NCBI GenBank assembly: GCA_963736875.1 | Contig: CAVTQH010000003.1 | Location: 1,756-65,755 of the forward strand | From: Candidatus Amesbacteria bacterium | GTDB taxonomy: Bacteria; Patescibacteriota; Microgenomatia; CAZETR01; Amesbacteraceae | DNA length: 64,000 nucleotides | Direction of reading: 5' to 3' | Shown here: piece by piece, positions 49,352 to 56,283 of the stretch | How positions within the stretch are numbered: the stretch's first letter is position 1 | Layout: each line of letters starts with the position of its first letter | Notes under the pieces: generated by a model | What the model was told of the DNA's origin: nothing | Databases searched by the model: none | Seen by the model: only the letters and a program-made list of their open reading frames with translations | Program-made: the position numbers and the translations under genes

Positions 49352-49939
49352 ATGGATGATAACCAAAATCAGTCCCAGGGCACCTTACCGGTAGATGATC
49401 CCAAAGTCCAGGCGGCAATTGCCGATTTGGCAAATATTACCGCCAAACCGACCGAGTCGATGGCGGATGTGGTGGAGGAATTTGAGGAGAAACAAAATGA
49501 TTTTCAGGCGGCGTACTCGGCCGGAGGTAAGTTTGCCAGAGATCTGGAAGAAATTGCCAAGGGTTACGGGAGAAAGGGCGGAGTGGAAATGGAGCCCTCA
49601 CCGATAAAAGTTTCCGAAGGCAGGAAGGTAGAAGTGATGGAGGAGATCCCGACCAGTCCGGAGGTGGAAAAGGGGCTGGAACAGGAAGGGTTCATTGAAA
49701 AAGTAGAAAAGGAGACGGCAGTATCACCGATTATTGTAGATGATTATACAAAGGAGGTACTTTTGAAACCTACCTCCGGTCAAAGTCCGAAAGTTATATT
49801 ACCACTGACGGAGGAACAAGTGGAAAGGGGATTGCATGAGAAAGTGTGGGAAAGTGTCCGGTGGCTGGCGGAGTGGTGTGTGAGGCAAATCAGGATGCTC
49901 TCCGGAAGGGCGGAGTATAAAAATCCGGTCACGAAATAG
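49352..49939 (+). CDS. Hypothetical acidic protein.
   Basis: 195-aa Glu/Asp-rich ORF with no motifs recognised. Confidence 0.35.
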   Translation: MDDNQNQSQGTLPVDDPKVQAAIADLANITAKPTESMADVVEEFEEKQNDFQAAYSAGGKFARDLEEIAKGYGRKGGVEMEPSPIKVSEGRKVEVMEEIPTSPEVEKGLEQEGFIEKVEKETAVSPIIVDDYTKEVLLKPTSGQSPKVILPLTEEQVERGLHEKVWESVRWLAEWCVRQIRMLSGRAEYKNPVTK

Positions 49940-49983
49940 GCAAACGATAGTCACAGGGCAGTCATTCGTTGTAAGATGAAAGT

Positions 49984-52335
49984 ATGATTAACGGGGTGGA
50001 TCCGGTGGCGGTAATGTGGGAGGTGGCGGTGATAGCGCTTTTAATTCTTTCGCCGTTTTTTTTACTGGGAGGACTGTTTTATTTCTGGATTCTGTGGTAC
50101 CGACATAAAGACCGGGAGGAGCATAGCTTACGGATGGTGTGTTTGCAGGTGGCCGTACCCCGGGATAACGAAATAAAGATTGATGCCATGGAGCAGATTT
50201 TTGGTAGTCTGTATTCCATAAAAAAAGGTAAAAAAGGTCCATTCGGCCTGCTGACATTTTTACAGGTGCAGCCGCATGTGAGTTTTGAGATGGTAGCCAG
50301 GAAGGAAGATATCAGATTTTATATTGTGGTTCCGGAAAAACTGCGGGATTTGGTGGAAAAGTCAATTCACGGCGGATTCCCCGGGGCGGAAATTCTGATG
50401 GTGGACGAACCGACGATTTTTTCCGAGGAGGGAAAAGTGGAATTTTCCTGGATGGTCCTTAGAAATGCCGAATACAATCCGATCCAGACATATAAAAATC
50501 TGGCGACGGATCCGATGGCCGGTCTGACTTCGGCACTGGCAAAAATGAACGAAGACGAGGGGGCGCATATCCAGATTTTGATATCACCGGCTGATAACAA
50601 ATGGAAGGGAAAAGGCAGGGCGTGGATCGGCAGGACGAAGAAGAATGAAGCCAATCCGGAAAAAGCCAGCTACAAAGTGGATCCGAAAGTGATGGAAGCG
50701 GTGGAAAGTAAAGTATCCAAGTCCGGATTTTGGGCCACAATCAGGGTGGTGGTGTCATCTAAAGACAAGGATATGGCAAAAATGCACCTTCAAAACATCA
50801 AAGCTGCATTTGAACAGTACAGCGGGGATTTGAACGGTTTTAAAGGAAAGAAAGTCAGACTGAAAGCCCTGTTTATGCAGGATTTTATTTACCGGTACCA
50901 GCCGGTAATCCGGTGGGGTGACTGGACGATACTTAATTCAGAAGAATTGGCTACCATTTACCATTTTCCCAATAAGACGGTGGAAACCCCGCATATTCAT
51001 TGGCTGTCGGCCAAAAGAGCCCCGGCACCGCAGGGAATTGCCACATCGGGACTGTATATCGGCAAATCGGTATTTAGAGGGATAACCCGGCCGGTATATA
51101 TATCCGATGTGGACAGGGAGAGACATATGTATATTATCGGAAGGACCGGAACCGGCAAGACGGAAATGATGAAAACAATGATATTGCAGGATCTGCGCGC
51201 CGGTAAGGGGCTGTGTGTGATTGACCCGCATGATCTGGCGGAGGATTTACTCGGATATATACCTCCGGAAAGGGCGGAAGATGTGATATTTTTTGATCCT
51301 TCCGATGAAGAATGGCCGATGGGATTAAACCTTTTGGAAACCCGCACCGAAGGCGAGCGGCACATGGCGACCAATGCGGTGATCGGCATGATGTACAAAC
51401 TGTATGATCCGCATAAGACGGGGATTATCGGCCCCCGGTTTGAGCATGCAATCAGAAACGCCATGCTGACGGTAATGGATGCGATTGACGGCGGAACATT
51501 TATTGAAGTAGTGCAGGCTTTACAGCGGCCGGAGTTTGTGCAGGAAATGCTTCCCCGGGTGAAAGATCCGCTGGTGCGAAGATACTGGACGGACCAGATT
51601 GCCCAGACATCGGATTTTCATAAATCAGAGGTGCTGGATTATATTGTGTCCAAGTTCGGGCGGTTTGTGACCAATAAAACGATCAGAAATATTATCGGGC
51701 AGAATGTCAGCGCTTTTGATTTCCGGAAAGTAATGGATGAGGGAAAGATTCTGATTATTAATCTGGCCAAGGGAAAATTGGGGGAAGAGAACAGCAACTT
51801 TTTGGGACTGGTACTGGTTCCCCGACTGGTGGCGGCCGCTATGAGCCGGGCGGATATTCCGGAGGCACAGAGAAGGCCGTTTTATCTGTATGTGGATGAG
51901 TTCCAGAATTTTGCCACTCCGGATTTTGCCACTATCTTGTCCGAAGCGAGGAAATACAAACTGAATCTGATAGTGGCCAACCAGTTTACTTCGCAAATGG
52001 AGGATGAAGTGAAAAATGCGGTATTCGGGAACGTGGGAACTCTGATTTCCTTCAGAACCGGGGTGGCTGATGCCAATTTCCTGCAGCATGAATTTACGCC
52101 GACTTTTAACGAAGCGGATCTGTTAAATATCGAAAGATTCCATGTGTATATCAAAACAATTGTAAATAATGAGCCGGTAGTACCGTTTTCGATGGATGTA
52201 ACGAAGGACCTGGCAACTGAAAGAGCCATGCGCAACCAGAAACTGGCGGATGCGATTAAACAATTGTCGCGCTTAAAGTACGGACGGGATGTGCGTCTGA
52301 TTGAACACGAGATTTCCGACAGGGCGAAACTGTAG
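49984..52335 (+). CDS. Membrane-anchored P-loop ATPase of the TraD/TrwB/VirD4 coupling-protein (DUF87 / type-IV secretion DNA-binding) type.
   Basis: Two N-terminal TM helices; Walker A YIIGRTGTGKTEM; Walker B FYLYVDEFQNF; ..IVANQ.. sensor-like. 783 aa. Confidence 0.55.
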   Translation: MINGVDPVAVMWEVAVIALLILSPFFLLGGLFYFWILWYRHKDREEHSLRMVCLQVAVPRDNEIKIDAMEQIFGSLYSIKKGKKGPFGLLTFLQVQPHVSFEMVARKEDIRFYIVVPEKLRDLVEKSIHGGFPGAEILMVDEPTIFSEEGKVEFSWMVLRNAEYNPIQTYKNLATDPMAGLTSALAKMNEDEGAHIQILISPADNKWKGKGRAWIGRTKKNEANPEKASYKVDPKVMEAVESKVSKSGFWATIRVVVSSKDKDMAKMHLQNIKAAFEQYSGDLNGFKGKKVRLKALFMQDFIYRYQPVIRWGDWTILNSEELATIYHFPNKTVETPHIHWLSAKRAPAPQGIATSGLYIGKSVFRGITRPVYISDVDRERHMYIIGRTGTGKTEMMKTMILQDLRAGKGLCVIDPHDLAEDLLGYIPPERAEDVIFFDPSDEEWPMGLNLLETRTEGERHMATNAVIGMMYKLYDPHKTGIIGPRFEHAIRNAMLTVMDAIDGGTFIEVVQALQRPEFVQEMLPRVKDPLVRRYWTDQIAQTSDFHKSEVLDYIVSKFGRFVTNKTIRNIIGQNVSAFDFRKVMDEGKILIINLAKGKLGEENSNFLGLVLVPRLVAAAMSRADIPEAQRRPFYLYVDEFQNFATPDFATILSEARKYKLNLIVANQFTSQMEDEVKNAVFGNVGTLISFRTGVADANFLQHEFTPTFNEADLLNIERFHVYIKTIVNNEPVVPFSMDVTKDLATERAMRNQKLADAIKQLSRLKYGRDVRLIEHEISDRAKL

Positions 52336-52439
52336 TAGGTAATGGTAAAAATTGGAGATTGGATAAATCGTTTAATGGCGGGACACAAATATATCTGAAC
52401 ATTTGAAATCGTTTTCTGTAAATATTATACTGGGGTTCA

Positions 52440-53117
52440 GTGTATAGAGCAGAAGATCGAAGAAAAGCAGTAGAACTCAGATTAAAGGGATTGAGTTATT
52501 CACAAATTAAAGAACAGATTAATGTTAAAAATGGAACTCTTAGTTACTGGTTAGTTAATTATCCTTTAACTTTGGAACAAAAAAATAAGCTATATAAGAG
52601 GAGGGATGTTTGGGTAGAAAAATTCAGAGAGACAATGAGGAAGAAAAGAGAAATAAAGTTGATCAAGATATTAAATCAGGAAAAGAAAAAGTTGGGAGGA
52701 ATTACTAAAAGAGATATTTTGTTGTTGGGAGCAGGATTATATTGGGGTGAGGGGCGTAAGGAAGGTAGTGCTGCGAGTATAAGCAATAACGACCCAAGCG
52801 TAATAAATTATTTTTTATTCTGGATTGAGAAATGTTTTAGATTAAAACGAAAAGATCATAAAATTCGAATTTATTTGCATTTATATAGTGATATGGATAT
52901 TGAGGGTGAAATTGGTTATTGGGCTCAAATTTTAAACGTGGACAGAGATCAATTTGCTAGACCTTATATTAAAATTTCGAAAAGATCAGAGATTGATCAA
53001 AAAGGTTTTGGACATGGTACGTGCCATGTCCAGATCGCTGATGTTAAAATCAAAGAGCAGGTTTTAGCAATAATTAAGCTCATTTCAAAATTAAATGGAT
53101 CCGTCGTTCACCGGTAG
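52440..53117 (+). CDS. LAGLIDADG-like homing endonuclease with an N-terminal helix-turn-helix. Low GC; 3' end overlaps the tRNA by 21 nt.
   Basis: DILLLGAGLYWGEGRKEGSAASI aligns to the LAGLIDADG consensus (LAGfxDGDGS). N-terminal RLKGLSYSQIKEQINVKNGTLSYWL is HTH-like. Composition is visibly AT-rich relative to its neighbours. Confidence 0.55.
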   Translation: MYRAEDRRKAVELRLKGLSYSQIKEQINVKNGTLSYWLVNYPLTLEQKNKLYKRRDVWVEKFRETMRKKREIKLIKILNQEKKKLGGITKRDILLLGAGLYWGEGRKEGSAASISNNDPSVINYFLFWIEKCFRLKRKDHKIRIYLHLYSDMDIEGEIGYWAQILNVDRDQFARPYIKISKRSEIDQKGFGHGTCHVQIADVKIKEQVLAIIKLISKLNGSVVHR

Positions 53118-53167
53118 GACCCGAATCTTATAAATTCGTGAACTTGGTTCGACTCCAAGCGGATCCA
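53097..53167 (+). tRNA. tRNA with anticodon UAU (isoleucine, AUA-decoding). Perfect cloverleaf; CCA not encoded.
   Basis: Acceptor ggatccg/cggatcc (7/7 bp). D-arm gttc-accggta-ggac. Anticodon arm cgaat-cTTATAa-attcg (5/5 bp, U33, anticodon TAT). Variable loop tgaa. T-arm cttgg-ttcgact-ccaag. Discriminator A. Confidence 0.85.
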
Positions 53168-53174
53168 CAAATAT

Positions 53175-53438
53175 CTACTTTGGTTTGTGGTTGTCGATCC
53201 AATCATTAAGATACTCCAGAAAAAGCGCATTATCCACACCGAGTGAATCAGTTATATTGTTGATTGTTTTCAACTTGTCTTTATCAAGCGGTTTATCCAA
53301 ACTTTCGAGAAAAGCTAATGCAGGACCCAAGGCCTGGCCTGCCTGCAAACATTGGGGAAAATAAGGGTGCAGAACACAATCGGGATTTTGACAACCATGT
53401 TCATCGATGGGGCACAACGTTTCGCGGGAATCGGCCAT
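53175..53438 (-). CDS. Small Cys-containing protein (possible Zn-binding), translationally coupled downstream of the recombinase gene.
   Basis: 87-aa ORF with CPIDEHGCQNPDCVLHPYFPQC. Its start overlaps the recombinase stop. Confidence 0.35.
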   Translation of the reverse strand: MADSRETLCPIDEHGCQNPDCVLHPYFPQCLQAGQALGPALAFLESLDKPLDKDKLKTINNITDSLGVDNALFLEYLNDWIDNHKPK

Positions 53439-54313
53439 TAAAGTTCGACCAGACGGGTAGCAGTGAGTTCTTCCTTGATCTGTAAAAATTCGAGGTATTT
53501 TTGGGTGGAGCTTAAGCGTTTGTGGCCGACGTGCTTATGAATGATTTCGGGCTGGACGCCGTTTCTTAACTGGTGGGCAATAAAGGTGTGGCGAAGATCG
53601 TTGACTTTGACGTTTTTTAGCCCGGCTTTTTTGAAGTAGCGGTCGATGCTGGTGCGGATGTTTCTGATTAAAAGCGGCCGGCCGGTTTTAGTAACAAATA
53701 AGTGGTCGTTTTCCACTTTTGGCCTCATAGCCAGGTAGTTGGTGACGGCGACGGAAGCGGATCGCGGAAGCGGGATATTCCGGGCGGGATTATTTTCTAT
53801 GGAGCGGATCTGAAGCTCATTTTTTTTGACATCTTCGACCCGGAGATTGGCCAGCTCGGAAATTCGCATCCCGGTTTGCAGAAGGAGTTCGATGACGGTC
53901 CCGATACGGATATCCAGACGGACGGCGTCACGCAGGGCTTTGTACTCGTCCGAGGATAATATCCGGGGAGGCTTGATATCGTATTTGGGGTGGGGGAGAG
54001 ACTGGGCGGGATTGACGGTGATCATACTTTCCTGGTGCAGGTATCTGAAAAAGGTCTTTAAAGAGTTGATTTTACGGCTGATGCTTTTGGCGGTGTAGTT
54101 CTGGGAGGAAAGATGGCTGAGATAATCCTGGAGATGCTCAGGCAGGATAGTGGTTGCCTGGGTGATCCGGCGCCCAAGCATATGGTCTTTGAGCTGGCCC
54201 AGATCAGAACCGTAAGCAATCCGGGTGGCAGAAGACCGGCTCTGAGTTTCCAAATACTTGAGAAACTTTTCCAAGGCAGATTCGAAACTGACCGGATCTG
54301 GTAAGCTATTCAT
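53438..54313 (-). CDS. Tyrosine site-specific recombinase (XerC/XerD-like integrase).
   Basis: N-terminal SAM-like domain (..RIAYGSDLGQLKDHM..). Catalytic region ..GMRISEL..(R), ..LRHTFIAHQL.., HKHVGHKRLSSTQKY (HxxR..Y). Confidence 0.85.
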   Translation of the reverse strand: MNSLPDPVSFESALEKFLKYLETQSRSSATRIAYGSDLGQLKDHMLGRRITQATTILPEHLQDYLSHLSSQNYTAKSISRKINSLKTFFRYLHQESMITVNPAQSLPHPKYDIKPPRILSSDEYKALRDAVRLDIRIGTVIELLLQTGMRISELANLRVEDVKKNELQIRSIENNPARNIPLPRSASVAVTNYLAMRPKVENDHLFVTKTGRPLLIRNIRTSIDRYFKKAGLKNVKVNDLRHTFIAHQLRNGVQPEIIHKHVGHKRLSSTQKYLEFLQIKEELTATRLVEL

Positions 54314-54369
54314 ACTACAGGTCGTATTTTACCCCCAGAATTCTACAATGTAAAATAGGAGATTGCAAG

Positions 54370-54720
54370 ATGAGAAAGAAATGGCAAAGCTGGGTGATTC
54401 TGATTCTGGGTCTGGTGATGATATTCCGGGTGGGAGGGAACGTGGTACGGCTGTGGAAAGCGGGAGGGTGGGTGGAGGAAGCGGAGCGGGACGTGAAAAA
54501 GGCAGAGGAGGAGAATCTGAGGCTAAAAGAACAGCTGGCCGAAGTACAAACCCCTCAGTTTTTGGAGCGGGAAGCCAGGGAAAAACTGGGCTACGGCAGG
54601 CCCGGGGAGATAGTAATTGTGCTGCCGGAGCAGGGCAGTACTCAAAGCTCTGTACCCAGTACTCTGGAAGACCAGGCTCCAAATTGGGTGAGGTGGCGGA
54701 AGGCGTATTTAGGGTTTTGA
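54370..54720 (+). CDS. Septum formation initiator (FtsB/DivIC-like).
   Basis: N-terminal TM, then a coiled coil ..AEEENLRLKEQLAEVQTPQFLEREAREKLGYGRPGE. Confidence 0.6.
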   Translation: MRKKWQSWVILILGLVMIFRVGGNVVRLWKAGGWVEEAERDVKKAEEENLRLKEQLAEVQTPQFLEREAREKLGYGRPGEIVIVLPEQGSTQSSVPSTLEDQAPNWVRWRKAYLGF

Positions 54721-54896
54721 GGGTTTTTCAGCCTCTTCCAGCACCTGTCTGATAAAGTTTACTTCCAGATCCGTAGCTAAAACCGCTTTTAGGGCTAAGG
54801 CCAGGATCTCCCTAATCCGGACGGGTGGCTGGAGTTTTTTTCTGCGGTAATCTTCGGAAACCTTATTGTAGGCAGTTTCAAGGTTATTTATCACAG

Positions 54897-54968
54897 TGGC
54901 TGGGGCGGGAGTCGGACCCGCAACCGTCGTCTTATGAAGGCGCTGCTCTGCCATTGAGCTACCCAGCC
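54897..54968 (-). tRNA. tRNA-like element with CAU anticodon (Met/Ile2-like). It is probably degenerate, with two anticodon-stem mismatches and an atypical T-loop (TCCGACT).
   Basis: Minus-strand RNA GGCTGGG-TA-GCTC-AATGGCA-GAGC-A-GCGCC-TTCATAA-GACGA-CGGTT-GCGGG-TCCGACT-CCCGC-CCCAGCC-A. Acceptor 7/7, D 4/4, T 5/5, anticodon stem only 3/5. Confidence 0.4.
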
Positions 54969-54999
54969 TGGACCGTATGAAGCTAATTTTAGCACGCAA

Positions 55000-55506
55000 T
55001 CAGGAAGGTTTTTTAAAGTGACGGGGGAGATTGAGCAGGCCATAGGATATCAAGGCACCGGCTGTACCGGCGAGGGCATCACCCACAAATTCCGGATTAT
55101 TCTCAACCAAAGCTTCGAAGTATACGTTAATGCTGACGGCAGCATAAAGAGCCAGTTGGGAAGCTTTTTTGGTCTCAATGTGACCGAATTTATTAAACAG
55201 TTCAAATACCGCCAGAGTCAGGAACAGGGAGGGAGGAACGTTTCCCCAGTGGTTTTCAATCAGAGGGCTGACACGGTCGAAAATATGAGGATTCCGGTTG
55301 TTGATAGAGTCAATCAAACTAGTAAAGATAACGGCGGTAACGGTTGTTGCTTCCGGAAGTGGCGGAATAAGTTTTTTGATTAATCCCTTTTTTTCCATAT
55401 TTTCAATATTTCTCTTTGCCGTGAAGTTGGTGACCTTCCCACTTCGGGGAGTCAGTCTCGTCATTGTGAAAAAGCCGGTCTCTTTCAATGCTTTCCCGTA
55501 GTTCAC
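55000..55506 (-). CDS. VanZ-like family membrane protein (weak).
   Basis: Multi-TM small protein with a C-terminal ..VGDALAGTAGALISYGL.. (D-x3-N/G-x-G VanZ-like). The start may be the internal MEKKGL. Confidence 0.35.
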   Translation of the reverse strand: MNYGKALKETGFFTMTRLTPRSGKVTNFTAKRNIENMEKKGLIKKLIPPLPEATTVTAVIFTSLIDSINNRNPHIFDRVSPLIENHWGNVPPSLFLTLAVFELFNKFGHIETKKASQLALYAAVSINVYFEALVENNPEFVGDALAGTAGALISYGLLNLPRHFKKPS

Positions 55507-55632
55507 TGATCAGATTTTTAGAAACATGCTTTTTTTCCAATCCCATTGCCCGTGAAATTTTCAGCCGGGCGAATGTGGCCATATTGGGACAGATGGGGAG
55601 AGGTCTGGTTTTAAACATGTCCACGGATTGTA

Positions 55633-55881
55633 TCAGATGGACTTTAATTTAAGAATACGAATTTTCTTTTGCCGGGGCCAGCTTTTGATTTGAGCCTCGC
55701 GTCTGAGGGCAGAAGATTTATCAGGGTGTTTTTCAAGGTAAATAATTCTGACCGGTTTGTGGCTGCGGGTATAGGCTCCGCCTCTGCCGCTTTTGTGGTC
55801 AAGAAATCTTTTTTGGGGATCGGCGGAAATGCCGGTATAGAAACTGCCGTCGGAGCAGAGGAGGAGATAGACATGCCACAT
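55633..55881 (-). CDS. GIY-YIG nuclease-superfamily protein (UPF0213/YhbQ-like).
   Basis: MWHVYLLLCSDGSFYTGISADPQKRFLDHKSG..; verified minus-strand ATG at 55881. Confidence 0.75.
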   Translation of the reverse strand: MWHVYLLLCSDGSFYTGISADPQKRFLDHKSGRGGAYTRSHKPVRIIYLEKHPDKSSALRREAQIKSWPRQKKIRILKLKSI

Positions 55882-55916
55882 CGGGATAAGTATAGCCAAA
55901 AAAAATGACCCGCGAG

Positions 55917-56203
55917 GGTCATTTTGTTTTGGTTGCGGGGCCGGGAATCGCACCCGGTCTGGAAGATTATGCACTTGTTAATCTCGTGTTACCGCGAGTG
56001 TCGGACTATATCATTCCCCTCTACTGAAGTAGGGGATTTGGCGTGTAGTCTCTACGGACTCTCTGGTTTCCCAGGTTGCCTCGGTATTGTCCTATACCGT
56101 GTAGTATAGGATGTCCACCGATATAGCCAAATTTTCATTCCCACATTACTGTGAGACGGGCCCACTTCTACTAGCCTTCCGTGCGGCTTTACACTACCCC
56201 GCA
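55917..56203 (-). ncRNA. Candidate structured RNA with a tRNA-like 3' terminus (T-arm + acceptor + encoded CCA); possible tmRNA (ssrA).
   Basis: Minus-strand 3' end ..CUUCCAGAC-CGGG?-UGCGAUU-CCCGG-CCCCGCA-A-CCA has the same architecture as a tmRNA 3' end. The 5'-proximal GCGGGG can pair with CCCCGC, and GGAAGG (5' side) can pair with CUUCC (3' side) as a P2-like helix. It sits in a ~380-nt protein-free gap with many hairpins. Confidence 0.35.
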
Positions 56204-56283
56204 TATGTTCTAAAAGAACTCTCTGATTATACCACAGATTTGAAGCTAAATTAGGCGAGCCTGGACATATATTCGTTTAATTA

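Noticed and set aside
50997-52388. Minus-strand ORFs 50997-51464, 51625-52089 and 51882-52388 inside the VirD4-like ATPase gene.
   Set aside because: They are antisense to an intact 783-aa ORF with clear Walker motifs. No independent support.
52440-53167. Group I intron with an intronic homing endonuclease interrupting the tRNA.
   Set aside because: The tRNA cloverleaf is contiguous and complete (71 nt) with no insertion in the anticodon loop. The LAGLIDADG-like ORF lies upstream and overlaps only the first 21 nt, so a freestanding or adjacent element is more consistent.
54709-54999. 96-aa minus ORF overlapping the tRNA-like element.
   Set aside because: It spans the tRNA-like cloverleaf and the FtsB 3' end with no protein-like features. 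It is most likely spurious.
55900-56283. RNase P RNA or SRP RNA as the identity of the structured non-coding region.
   Set aside because: I searched by eye for the universal P4 strands (GGAAAGUCCGG / ACAGAAxCCGGCUUA) and for the SRP domain IV motif and found neither. The terminal T-arm plus CCA fits a tmRNA-like molecule better, though this is unconfirmed.
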